Shown here one piece after another: positions 1 through 12,860 of a DNA stretch of 64,000 nt. Made by a program: the position numbers and the translations under genes. The notes under the pieces are model-generated. The model had not been told where the DNA came from, searched no databases, and saw only the letters and a list, made by a program, of their open reading frames with translations. The first letter of the stretch is position 1. Every line of letters starts with the position of its first letter. Origin of the DNA: Octopus sinensis (Eukaryota); contig NC_043002.1 in the NCBI RefSeq assembly GCF_006345805.1, positions 12,772,001-12,836,000 of the forward strand. Reading direction: 5' to 3'.

Positions 1-737
1 CCGCGAGAGTTTCACCTGAAGGAAGGGAGTATGGGAGTTTCAGGGCATCCTCTTTTCCAAAGTGGATTAACTCAAATTTATCCTCGTTCAGCAGCATATT
101 GTTTTTTTCTGCCCATTGGATAACAGCCAGTAGATCTGACTGAAGGCATGTCCGGTCACTCGCCTCATTTATGACCTTCTGTAGCTTGGAATCATCTGCA
201 AAGATTTTTATGTTGCTGTGCTTGATGATGTCATTAATGTCATTAATGTAAATGATGAAAAGAAGTGGCCCAGCACAGTGCCTTGCGGAACGCCACTACT
301 GACTTTGGCTGGACTTGATTTTACTCCTTAAACTACAACATGTTGAGATCTGTCTGTCAGGAAACACTTGATCCATTTCAGTAACTTTCCAGAGACACCA
401 ATGTTGGATAGTTTCTTCAATAGGATCTTGTGATCGACCCTGTCGAAGGCCTTACTGAAATCAAGGTAGATGACATCGGTGTTGGAGCCCTCTCCCAAAG
501 CTCTCAAAATGTCATCAAAGTGATGCAGGAGCTGCGTTAGGCAGTCCCTTCCATTACGGAACCCATGTTGGTTAGAGATCAGCCGTCTGTTGCTTTCCAG
601 AAATTGGGTTATTCGAGATCTCACCACCCTCTCAAATACCTTGATGATATGAGAGGTGAGTGAGATCGGACGGTAGTTCACTGCAAGGGATTGTTCCCCT
701 TTTTGAAAACTGGGACAACAGACTGGGACAGAAGGTA
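1..737 (-). mobile_element. 5'-truncated CR1-type non-LTR retrotransposon RT fragment (continues left of window)
   Basis: The minus strand encodes NYRPISLTS, QHGFR, YLDFSKAFDRVDH and, past a stop at 328, GVPQGTVLGPLLF and IFADDSK. Homology stops at 737, where unit sequence begins. Confidence 0.9.
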
Positions 738-838
738 TAAACATATCTAATGTAATAAATGTGAATGTCGGTGTGTCACGCTTTGTCAAGTTTAATAAAT
801 CCTTTCTACTGCAATGTGCATCGATTGACCTCGATGCA

Positions 839-870
<32 letters not shown>

Positions 871-873
871 AAT

Positions 874-1347
<474 letters not shown>

Positions 1348-1676
1348 TGTCTATGTATATGTATGTTGTTTTACTTAATTTAAAATATATATACACACTA
1401 ATTATGAAACTATTTAACTATAGTTATAGTAACAAATAATACTTAGGCCTATAGTACCGTAGACGTACTTATCTCAAGGCGTGTATATATATATATATGC
1501 TTATATATACGCATACCTACATTTATACACATATGTGATATGTAGGAGTGTTAATGCATTAACCAAGCTTAGCCTTCTTAACATGTGGCTCTTGGGAATA
1601 TAGTGGCTCTTGGAGAAAGTTTGATTGTTTAGACACACATATATGTAGATATAGTTCTATATCTAAAAGATTCCAC

Positions 1677-1939
1677 GGGCATACGGGGTAGTGGTTAAGA
1701 CCTCGGGCTACTAACCCCAAGATTCCGAGTTCGATTTTAAGCAGTGACCTGAACAACAACAACAATAATAATAATAATAATAATAACAACAACAGCTTCG
1801 AAAGATACCCTAGGAATGAGAACCCAGGTTCGAAATTTCCCCAAGACACTTGATGAAGGATGGAGGGTATATCAGCCGAAACGTTGTGTTAACAAAAAAC
1901 AAGATGAGGACAAATATCCGTCGAATGTAAATAATGTAA
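1677..1939 (+). mobile_element. tRNA-headed SINE-like repeat with hammerhead-like 3' motif (also 21365-21621, 40258-40514, 56960-57210)
   Basis: A-box-like GGTAGTGGTTAAG, anticodon-like hairpin GGG-CTACTAA-CCC, B-box GTTCGATT, an (AAC/AAT)n linker, then GACAC-TTGATGA-A-GGATG...CAGCC-GAAA-CG-TT-GTGTT. Confidence 0.7.
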
Positions 1940-2555
1940 GAAATATATATAAATGTTTTGTAATTTGTTTTTTAAAACTTAACTATTGAAGGACCCTTCT
2001 ATTTTATCTTTCTCACTTAAATTATCGAAATTGGAAAATGAATACTTAATCATATTACTGTCTCACTTTGCTATTGAAAAAAACAAAAACATGAACGACC
2101 AATTCACATAAAGCTTTATTTATCTATTGTATTTCAGGAGGGTCGTTTTTTATTACTTGTTTTGGTAAATAAATACACGCACTATATATTCGTTCTTCAC
2201 CTGTTTATTTCTGTTTTTATTCTAAGTCCATTGTCCGGAAATCATTCGTCACACGTCTGTAACCTCTTCAGTGACACTTCCCGTTCTCGTATGTGCTCTT
2301 GCTCCGATTAGACTATAAACGTTTATTTATCTATTTTTACCCACAAATAAAAGTTTTAAAATGGTAGCGTCATTGTGTTACAGATTATGTAAGAGAGGAA
2401 AGAATCGTTCAGTCTTTCTAACTCTAGAGATATTTCAAAGTCAACCAAGGTCAAAGAGTTAGAAATAAACCTCAGTGGTAACGAAATGGTATGTACAGGT
2501 CTGTGGATGGCTTCTTGACAGTAATGTGAATTAAAATTATTTCATTACCAGGTGT

Positions 2556-2733
2556 TCTTTTACTCGTTTCAGTCATTTGACTGCGGCCATGCTGGATCAC
2601 CGCCTTTTTGTCGAAGAAATCGACCCCTGGACTTATTCCTTGTACGCCTGGAGCTTATTCTATCGGTCTCTTCTGCCGATCCGCTAATGTTACGGGGGCC
2701 ATAAACACATCAACATCGGTTGTCACACACACA

Positions 2734-2774
<41 letters not shown>

Positions 2775-2942
2775 GAAGGGCTTCTTTCAGTTTCCGACTA
2801 CCAAATCCTTCACAAGGCTTTGTTTGGACCAAGGCTATAGTAGAAGACATTTGCCCAAGGTGCCACGCAGTGGGACTGAACCCGGAACTGAACCATGTCG
2901 TTGGTAAGCAAACTTCTTATCACACAACCACGCCTGCGCCTA
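2556..2942 (-). mobile_element. tRNA-derived SINE with internal (CA)n and CR1-like 3' tail
   Basis: Minus-strand head TAGGCGCAGGCGTGGTTGTGTG...GGTTCAGTCCC. The tail GGCGGTGATCCAGCATGGCCGCAG..CTGAAAC resembles the LINE tail at 12479-12523. Repeated in each unit. Confidence 0.75.
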
Positions 2943-3137
2943 GGAGAACTGAAGGAAAATCCTTTTCTCCCAGAATGCTATTTTTTCTCTTTGATACAAT
3001 GAAGTAATAAAAGGATTTCATATATATTTTCGATTTAGCTGATATCTTTTACTGCAGCCACAAGTAATTGAGTATTTTCACACAACAAATCTAGAACTTT
3101 GAAGAATAGAATGAGATATCTTCTATCTATTTTCTCC

Positions 3138-3293
3138 GTAGGTGCAGGGGTGGCTGTGTGGTAAGTAACTTGCTTATCAATCACATGGTTCCGGGTTCAG
3201 TCCCACTGCGTGGCACCTCTTCTGCTATAGCCTCGGGCCGACCAAATCTTTCTGAGTGAATTTGGTAGACGGAAACTAAAAGGAGCCGGTCAT
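3138..3293 (+). mobile_element. SINE head of the same family, inverted relative to 2556-2942
   Basis: GTAGGTGCAGGGGTGGCTGTGTGGTAAG...GGTTCAGTCCCACTGCGTGGCACC. Intact in A and D, largely deleted in B and C. Confidence 0.7.
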
Positions 3294-3377
3294 ATATACA
3301 TACATATATACATACATATATACATACATACATACATACACATATATATATATATATATATATACATACACACACAC

Positions 3378-3572
<195 letters not shown>

Positions 3573-3849
3573 GATAATTAATAATAATACATATTACAAT
3601 TGTGTTATTGTCTCGAAGATTTTCATGCTAGTTGGAAAGTCATTAGCGTCTATTTCTAATTCAGTGCGTGGCGAAGTAATTAGCTGAGCCTTGATTATAA
3701 TTAAGTATATAATTATAGAATATTTTGTATAATTCACGTAAAAAAGTTTTTTAGCGTTCTGACTACTTGGTAAAATTATTAATTATTATTTAATTACTTA
3801 ATCAATTTTAATCTCTCTCTATATATATATGTATATATACACGTATATA

Positions 3850-3916
<67 letters not shown>

Positions 3917-3949
3917 ATATATATATATAGATATATATATATATATATA

Positions 3950-3991
<42 letters not shown>

Positions 3992-3993
<2 letters not shown>

Positions 3994-4437
3994 AAAAAAG
4001 CAACAAGAATGGATCAAAATATCGGTACAATTGTTTCGTACGAAGACATCTTTAATAAGGCTACAAAAATTGCAGTAAATATAGATGGCTCGTACTCATC
4101 AGCCGAAAAATCATCCGAGATTTCCAAACATCAAAGGGGGTAATGTTACACTCGTGAAACATCATGGAAAGTTCTATAAAAATGGAAAACATCTTAGTTT
4201 TCCAGAAAGTGAAGAAAAATGTGAGGGTGTGAATATATCCTTATTGAAGAAAGTTGGATTCCTGGAGATATGATGAAAAGTATTGTACTCACAGAATATG
4301 CGTTTGTCCATATATAGTATTTTTCGGCTGATGAGTAAGAGCCATCTATATTTACTGCAATTTTGTAGCCTTATTAAAGATGTATTCGTACGAAAGAATT
4401 GTACCGATATTTCGATTCATTCTTGTTGCTTTTCTCC
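3992..4437. mobile_element. MITE with ~120 bp terminal inverted repeats and TA flanks (copy A, ~75-80 bp internal deletion)
   Basis: The left arm GGAAAAAAGCAACAAGAATGGATCAAAATATCGGTACAATT...CATCAGCCGAAAAA is the near-perfect reverse complement of the right arm ending TTGTTGCTTTTCTCC. TA on both sides. Confidence 0.85.
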
Positions 4438-4556
4438 TATTTGTAATCACCCCACTTTATCGTATGGTTAACACCATATAGATTTCTGGTGTATCCTAGT
4501 CAAGTACTATATTCATGTGAATTCAATAGAACTCATTTGAATCTTAATTGCTTAAA

Positions 4557-4664
<108 letters not shown>

Positions 4665-4665
4665 G

Positions 4666-4770
4666 TATATAATATTAATTAGAGTCAAAACCACTATTTT
4701 GCAAATCAAACAAAGTCTTTATTTGCTTGATTTGCAAAATAGTGGTTTTGTCTCTAATTAATATTATATA
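4666..4770. repeat. ~105 bp near-perfect palindrome (mini fold-back) at the edge of a (TA)n tract, unit A only
   Basis: TATATAATATTAATTAGAGTCAAAACCACTATTTTGCAAATCAAAC pairs with 4724-4770 with about 2 mismatches. Confidence 0.85.
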
Positions 4771-4849
4771 ATATTTTACTATAAAATTGGATTCAATCCT
4801 AAATCTGATTTTTCCCTGTAAAGTGGATTTATTCCCTAATATTTATTAT

Positions 4850-4934
<85 letters not shown>

Positions 4935-5808
4935 AACTATCACTCCGTCGGTTGCGACGATCAGAGTTCCAGCTAATCCAAACGATGGCCTTATCGTGAA
5001 ATTACCGTTGCTGAGCACTCCATAAACATGCATACACTTATTGTAGTTTCTTTGAATGAATATCTTAAAAGGAAACTCTCTAAGAAATCCCATTATAGTC
5101 ATACATACATAAATATATATTTGTCTGTGCTAACTACATCCCCAAAGATGGAGCCTTGTATCTTTGCTGAAAACCGGCTGCCTCCTTTGTGGAAGATTTA
5201 TAATCATTAGAAAATTGATGATACACGCATACACACACACATACACACACACGCACAAAGACACATACATAGACAGGTTTTTGCGTATTAACACAACCAA
5301 TGATTTCATGTGGAAAGTATCTCCAGAATTTTTTCAGACAATCCTTTGAAAGTTGATAATCGCCTTAGTTGTTATCTCCCTTGCACTGGCCCTGGAACGT
5401 TGCAATAATTTGCGTTCGCTACAGATTAATAAATTCTTTAATTATCTTAAGCGTCCACAATCTATGAAATCACCAAACTGATTATAAGCTAAAGCACAGG
5501 TATCAAAACACACACACTTGGTAATTAAGGAATTAGTAATTAAAGGTGAACGCATATAATTGCAAAATTCCATGGTCAATGCAGAGGAGGAAAAAATTGC
5601 TATGGGTTAGCTCCCCTGATCTGTATATTTATTTCGAAATCCTGCGTAACCTTGCTTAGTTTCGTGTCTTCTCAAGCGAAACGGACGTTATTACCAGTTT
5701 CATTATTTATCCATAAATAAATGATATTTATTCACCAATGCGGTGTTGAGTATTCATTCTCAGATTTCGATACTAACGTCTATATATATGTAAGTGTGTG
5801 TGTGTGTG

Positions 5809-6170
5809 TGGAGGTGCAATGGCCCAGTGGTTAAGGCAGCGGTCGTGAGATCGCGGTTTCGATTGCCAGTGTTTATTGTCAGTGTTTATTGAGCGGAAAC
5901 ACCTAAAGCTCCACGAGGCTCCAGTAGAGAGTGGTGGTGAATCCTGCTGTACTCTTTCACCATAACTTTCTCTCACTCTTTCTTCGTGTTTCTGTTGTAC
6001 TTGTATTTCAAAGGGTCAGTCTTGTCACACTGAATCTCCCCGAGAACTTCGTTCAGGACACACGTGTCTGTGGAGTGCACCGCCACTTGCACGTTACTTT
6101 CCCGAGCAAGCTGTTCCGTTGATCGGATAAACTGGAACCCTTGTCGTAGTAACCGATGGAGTGCCACGAC
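5809..6170 (+). mobile_element. tRNA-derived SINE (also 24378-24737, 43265-43624, 60667-61026)
   Basis: Head TGGAGGTGCAATGGCCCAGTGGTTAAGGCAGCGG...GGTTTCGATT (A/B boxes). Flanked by (TG)n. Confidence 0.8.
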
Positions 6171-6554
6171 ATGTGTGTGTGTGTTTGTTAGTTTGTTTGC
6201 ACCTCCGTGACCTAGCAGTTCGGCTAAAAGACTAATAGGAAAAGCATCAAACTTAAGTCGATATTTTTGACGAAAATCTCTTGAAGGCGCTGACTCACTA
6301 TAGTCGCAGCCCAATGACTGAAAGCAGTGTTATAGAACTTACCAGCTGTAATCAAAAAGTATCCAACCTTCCTATTTTATTATGCGCAAAAGATTATTTT
6401 AAGTCAAATTTTAAAAAAAATATTACTTGTTTTTTGGCCAAAGGTCCGATAATTTTTGACTACACCTAGTATTTGTAAATTTATCGGAATTTATAAATAT
6501 TATGCACTAAAATGTTTCAGAATTCAAAAATTAAAGAAAGGGATGAAATTCAGT

Positions 6555-6673
6555 TTTGCAGTTTTAAAGAACTTTATTTTTCACAAACAAGCATTTCTAA
6601 AAGTTATTGTATTTCAAGTCTTACTGGTTACAGAAAACAGCCTTGCGATCATTGCTGATCTTGAAACGCAATT
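6555..6673 (-). other. Candidate terminal exon 3 of the CBM14 gene (acceptors also at 25337, 44219, 61635)
   Basis: Acceptor TTTTGTATATTTCAG|AA. Splicing from exon 2 gives the stop T|AA. AATAAA at 6578-6573. Conserved in all four units. The 3' end is approximate. Confidence 0.4.
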
Positions 6674-7004
6674 CTGAAATATACAAAATATGAATATATA
6701 CATAGATATAAAAAAGATATAAAAATGCTTTTAAAAATCTAGAAGTTAATCTTATCTTCCAAAAATAAATCCTTGTAGGTAAAAGACTTAAATTAGAAAA
6801 TTGCGATCAAGTGTCTATAGTATTTGCATAATTTACTATTTTTCTTTAGCCCTGGGACACATCGGAACGCTTAATCAATTACCATGGCATATTACTGACG
6901 AAGATCAAAATATTCCATATGAACGTGACTTTGGTCCATCACAGTATATATGGCCAGCAATTTCCAATGACGATAGAAGCCGATACCAATAACACCATTT
7001 TATA

Positions 7005-7237
7005 TTCATTTCTTTACTGCCCACAAGGGGCTATACACAGAGGGGACAGTCAAGGACAAACAAACGGATTAAGTTTATTATATCGACCCCAGCGCGTAAC
7101 TGGTACTTATGTAATCGACCCCGAAAGGATGAAAGGCAAAGTTGACCTCGGCGGAATTTGAACTCAGAACGTAACAGCAGACGAAATACGGCTACGCATT
7201 TCACCCGGCGTGCTAACGATTCTGCCAGCTCGCCGCC
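7005..7237 (-). mobile_element. tRNA-derived SINE with conserved core (decayed relatives at 7248-7450, 14385-14568, 17185-17285 and in the other units)
   Basis: Minus-strand GGCGGCGAGCTGGCAGAATCGTTAG (A-box) ... GTTCAAATTCC (B-box) ... CCTTTCATCCTTTCGGGGTCGAT. Confidence 0.75.
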
Positions 7238-7661
7238 TTACATAATCTTTTCTACTATAGGAACAAGGCCTGCAATTTTGTGGAGGGGACTAGTAGATTG
7301 CGTGAACCCCAGTATTTCACTGGTACTTATTTTATCGACCACGAAAGGATGAAAGGGTGAAGTTATACTCGGCGGAATTCGAACCCGAGTATAAACAGCC
7401 GGAACAAACAAAGCTAAGCCTTTTATCCGACGCTCTAAAGGGATTGATAACTCACCGTTTTAAACGGTTTCAAATTTTGATAGAAGGCGAATCATAGAGG
7501 AGTTAATGTTTGTCCAATTTCCATCTCATCTACCAAAACCATTCTGACAGTTTTACTATTACTATGGCCGCTAGGACTCTAGATCTTTCTGTAATGCGAT
7601 AATTTAGAAATAAAAGTGTCAAACGAAATATGATAAAATGAAATATAAAGAAGTTACTTAC

Positions 7662-7841
7662 ATTGGTTTTGACAATATGGCGGAGGAATTTCGCTACATC
7701 TTTGAGTTTGGGGATCAAAGAAAAGATTGAATTGACACGGCATGGAAGGGTATGAGGTACGCTTGAAACAGGGAATATACCTGTGGCAGTCAGCAGGGTC
7801 ACGGTTCATCCCGTCTGGGTATTGGTTACAGAGAGGATCAT
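7662..7841 (-). CDS. CBM14 gene A exon 2: domain 2 (180 nt, phase 1-1)
   Basis: Acceptor TTTTCTCTTCAG| and donor |GTAAGT. In frame with exon 1 it reads DDPLCNQYPDGMNRDPADCHRYIPCFKRTSYPSMPCQFNLFFDPQTQRCSEIPPPYCQNQ (CX13CX5CX10CX12CX7C). Confidence 0.92.
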
Positions 7842-8589
7842 CTGAAGAGAAAATGTTTTAATAAAGTTTTAATGCAAGTGCGATAATTAATTTTGGTCAT
7901 ATCTTGATTTTTAGAAAATGTAGTCACAAGGACCATATATTATGAAATAGTATCAAATGATACAATATATACATCAGTTCACATATATACAAATGCAGAT
8001 ATATATTACTTCCGGGTTTCGTAGAGGAAAGACGCGTTTGCTTTTGCTCTGTGAATAAAACAAAAAGATTTGCATAAATCGACGAAATAATCTACTAAAA
8101 CTAACAAAACGTAGAACTTGTTAACTCATAACTATCTACTAAAACACGTTAATTAAAAATATATTAATTAAAAACGTAATATATTTCGCTTGAAGCCAAA
8201 TATAGTACATTAAAGTTAGTTACGTATGCTAGATTCTTCGCCGAAAAAGCACGTGGTGGCAAGTCTTTAACTTATCTCCAACCAAATGTAAGAAGGAAAA
8301 AGAATTGTTCACTTTTCTGTTTTGAAAGAAAACTTCTTCGTACAAGCACGAAGGTTTGGACTGTTCCTTTTACGATAAGTAACGTTTTCATATTTTTGTT
8401 TATTATTTTTTATTTTCCTTTAATGTAAGCTAACATCTCAGTTACGATTTACGACGCCATCTTTGTTTACATTCTGAGAATAACTTTCTTTCAAATTCTG
8501 TTTCGCTTTCAATCTATCTTTCATTTTATCTCTATAAAACTAATATTTAAAAATCCTTTTCATTTGTTTATTTTCCTGTAATTTAAGCT

Positions 8590-11500
8590 TACGACTGAGA
8601 AATATAAGAGCATGGACAATTGCTAGTGTTGATCCACCGAACAACATCATCACTGCCGCGCTAAACAACAATAGATTTCATAGAACCATTGACCAAAATA
8701 GAGCGAAAGAAAGGTCTTACATGCTTGTAAGACCACACATCAAAACATTGGATAACATAATTGAAAATTATTGTGGCAAGGCTGATGGGGATGAAGAGAA
8801 CGAAAAGGAGAAGGAAGCCGGAAGTCTGTGTGATCCAGGAGTTCCTCAGGAAAATGGATCACCTACCTCGGTGACCGACCAAGTAGTGAAGGATAGGGAA
8901 GCCAAGGGAGCAGAAACCGGAAGCCCCCCCCCCCTGTACCAGTGGTCCAACAAAGAAATGAGAAATTAGAAAAACAGAAGAAAAAAGGAAGGACCGAAAA
9001 CAAAACTAAGGAGGGAAAGGGAAGAAAAGGAAAAACGACCGAAGCTGAAACCCCGACCCACCACACAAACAGCAGAGAACCCCATGTGGGATCCAATGCC
9101 AACTAGTACACTTCAGGAAAGAAGAAACCTGGAAGGCACCGAAGAACCTGTAGATTCTACCTGCGGGGCAAATGTTGGCATGGTGAGGACGGCAAAAACT
9201 GCCGGTTCGCTCACCCGACAGCCCGCCAGAACTTCAGGGGACTCAAAGAAAAAAGCTTTACTGAGGGAAGTCAAGAAATGTCTCCCAGGAAAACTTTCAA
9301 AAAAGAAGTGCGCTCCTCAGATGTTCTGCGCAACGCAGCAGCTGAGCAAGAGTCTTTTTTATGCATGGCACAAAGAATTGTCCAGTAGCTAACCTAGCTA
9401 CACCAAGCACAGAGAAGGAACCCTGCCCACCACTATGCAAGACCACCACAGTCAACAGACAATGGATGGCCTCCCCTAAAACCTGCACAGCCGTCACCCC
9501 AATACTTTCAATAATTATTGAGGGCCTATTGCATCAAAGTAGAAACAAAATTCCTTTCCTGACAGATCTTACTGCTTCCAATCAAGCCCTATGCATAGCA
9601 CTCGTGGAAACTCACCTCAGCCCTGATATAGAAGACGCAGATGTACACATACCAAACTATGCTATACTGCGAACAGACTGAAGGGAAAGGAGCCATGGTG
9701 GAGATGCTGTATGCATTCGAGATGACCTCACACCCGAGGTCTTAATGACATACTTAAATTCGGTATGTGACGCTCTAATTGTATACATAAGACAACATAA
9801 TATAGTCATATGCAATACATATTGCCCACAGGGTGCCCCTAATCACATAGGCAAGTTTGAAGATTGCCTCACAAGAATTAAAGAAATCCTCATGAATCTG
9901 GAACACCACGTGACCATATTTCTTATGGGTGATTTCAACTTCCCCAACGTCAAATGGCCTGAAGTTCTCATACTCTCAGGAATGAATCATTGCAAGCAAG
10001 TACAGGTGGAGTCCCTGCTCAACGTCACCAACGCCTTATTCATGGAGCAAGTTGTACTCAAATCAGCTAGGGCGAATAACATTCTGGATCTCTGCTTCAC
10101 GAACAATATGGACATCATTCATGATGTGAAAGTGACACCGACATTAGTTTCGGATCACAACATAATAGAGTTGTCTATGTTTGGGCCAAAAGTAACCAGA
10201 GACATACAGCCTAAAGGAAGCACCCAAAATCTCTCCAATCTGAACAGCCACAAAGAAGATTGGAAATCGATCCAAAAGGGATCCTCAGAGAGGACTGGCC
10301 GGAATGTCTCTCCACACCAGACATTGACGTGAAACTAGAATGTTTCATGTCTTCTGTGCAAGCCGTATGCCAGAATTATGTTCAAGATCACAAAGCCAAC
10401 ACAAATAGGAGCAAGATTCCAAGAGACAGGAAGATCCTCATGAGACGACGGACGAAGGTTGCAAATCGTCTCAACGAACTTCCCAAAAGTAGCGAAACGT
10501 CCCGCCTAAAAACAACACTGATGGAGATCGAAAAAAGGCTGCAACAATCCTACGTGAGGGAGAAAGCAGACAAAGAAGCCTGGGTTATAAAAAACATTAA
10601 ATCCGACCCAAAGGCCTTCTTTCATTACGCGAAAGAAACAGTCTCAGTGCACTACAAGATAGGACCCCTCCTCCAAAAGGATGGCTCCCTCACAGACAGT
10701 CCAACTAAGATCAGTGAGATGCTGAATGACTAGTTCAAAAGTGTCTTTACCACCTCGTTGGAACACAGACAAGTGAACGAAACAGTGGACTTCTTTGCCG
10801 CCTCACCTATTTCCAGCGAGGCGGTTATAATAGAATGTATTGACATTGGCGAAAAAGATGTCCTACTAGCCATAGATAGAGTGGACACAAACACAACTGC
10901 TGACCAGATGGTTTTCCAGCAATCCTCCTCAAAGCGTGTAAGCATGCCCTGGCAAAACCCCTCAAGATTCTCTTCCAGGGCTTTGTTGCGAATGGCAAAC
11001 TGCCAAGCAAGCTGAAGGAGGGAATAATATGCCCAATACATAAACGGGGAAGTAGAGCAGATGCCAAAAACTATAGGCCTATCTCTCTGACTTCACACAT
11101 CAGCAAAGTCATGGAAAGGTTAGTCAGAAAGAAACTAATCGCATTCCTTGAGGAAAATAACTTGCTGAGTGATACCCAGCATGGTTTTCGACCAGGTAGG
11201 AGCTGCCTGACCCGGCTCTTACAAAATTATGACTGGATTTTGAGGTAGTTACTCAACAAATCAAATGTGGATGTAATCTACCTTGATTTTGCAAAAGTTT
11301 TTGACAAGGTGGATCATGCTATGATATGCCACAAACTGCGTGACCTCGGCATAGATGGAAAACTTGGAGTTTGGTTACATGACTTCCTGAAAGATTGGAG
11401 TCAGGCAGTAGTGGTTAATGGAGCCACCTCTATGAACACACAAATAGTGAGCAGTGTTCCACAGGGCACTGTCTTGGTACCACTGCTTTTTATAGTGGCC

Positions 11501-12519
11501 CTCTCAGATATGCCCTCAAATGCCCGGATGGCAACTCTGGCAAGCTATACAGATGAGACGAAAGTCTCGCAGAAAATACAGAACACCAGCGATGTTGCAA
11601 AACTGCAGCAGGAGGTGGACTCGATCTACAGATGGGCTGAGGATAATAATATGCAGTTTAATGCTGAAAAATTCCAGGCCCTGCGCTACCAGCATCCAAA
11701 ACTGAATATTAAACTTACAGGATACACCGGTCCACAGGGAATTTCAATCCCAGAGCCTAAGTCTGTGAGGGACCTAGGAATCGACCTGAGAGATGATATC
11801 TCTTTCCAAGTGCACATTACCAGGATGACGACAAAGTGCAGAAGACTGGCTGGATAGAACCTAAGAACATTCAGAACCAGAGATGAGGAAACAATGATGG
11901 CCCTCTGGCGGAGATTCGTCCTCGGCCGCCTGGATTACTGCTCACAGCTAAGATCACCCACCAGCATAAAATTACAGCTGTCCTTGAAGCAATCCAAAGA
12001 CGATTCACAAAGAAGATTGTCTCTTTTGAACAGCTCAGCTACTGGGAAAGCTTGAATCAGCTAAGACTCTACTCCCTGGAGAGAAAACGGGAGAGGTGTG
12101 CAGTAATATACGTCTGGAAGATCCTGGAAGGTATTGTGCCAAATTTTGGCATTGTAAGCTACACCAATACTAGAACTGGACGATTCTACATACTGCCAAA
12201 GATCCCAGCAATGCCATCACGCTTCAGGACCAGCTTCTGCAACAGCCTGAGTTTCAAGGGCCCACAGCTTTTTAATATTCTGCCAAAGAGTCTGAGGAAC
12301 TTGCATAAAGTAGATGTAGCGGTCTTTAAATCAAAGCTGGACATCTTCCTGTCGAGAGTCCCAGATAACCCTACCTCACGGCAAGAGGTGCAAATGAGAG
12401 TAGCTATGTCAAACTCCATTCTTTACCAAGTGCCACATATTAGAGGGGGTTCTTCGTAATAACAGTGTAGCACAAAACGGCGGTGCATCAGCATGGCCGC
12501 AGCTCTGAGCTGAAACAAG

Positions 12520-12524
<5 letters not shown>
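8590..12524 (+). mobile_element. CR1-type LINE, decayed, in intron 1 of gene A (antisense)
   Basis: ORF1 remnant with CCCH finger (CRFYLRGKCWHGEDGKNCRFAH). APE motifs (LVETHL, MGDFNFP, NILDL, SDHNII) and RT motifs (YLDFAKVFDKVDH, VPQGTVL, YTD[D/E]TK). Stops and frameshifts present. The start is approximate. Confidence 0.9.
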
Positions 12525-12557
<33 letters not shown>

Positions 12558-12567
12558 ACACACACAC

Positions 12568-12602
<35 letters not shown>

Positions 12603-12810
12603 TACATATATGTATATGTATATATATAGAGAGAGAGAGAGTGAGAGAGAGAGAGATCGTTAGCTACTACACACATTTATTTCTCTCTATGTTTTTTTCT
12701 ATGTCCCTTTTTTCTTTTCCTGAGTGTTATACTAATACATCTGTTTGTTTGTACACGACCTGTCTTCGTCTTTTGTTTTTTTCGTAAACTCTCGTTTAAT
12801 AATAATAATG

Positions 12811-12841
<31 letters not shown>

Positions 12842-12860
12842 TGATAAAAATACTAATAAT

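Noticed and set aside
1677-1750. tRNA gene
   Set aside because: There is no complete acceptor stem; it is the head of a repeated SINE-like element.
6343-6345. Possible 3-nt micro-exon (TACAG|CTG|GTAAGT) on the minus strand, present in all units
   Set aside because: It abuts SINE-derived sequence, has a weak pyrimidine tract and has no supporting downstream coding exon.
6801-7161. Plus-strand exon after TTTTTCTTTAG at ~6850
   Set aside because: There is no recognisable product or donor, the frame is not maintained across copies, and it runs into a SINE.
7530-7802. 90 aa minus-strand ORF MTLLTATGIF... repeated four times
   Set aside because: It is the wrong frame over the true CBM14 exon 2 and runs into intron.
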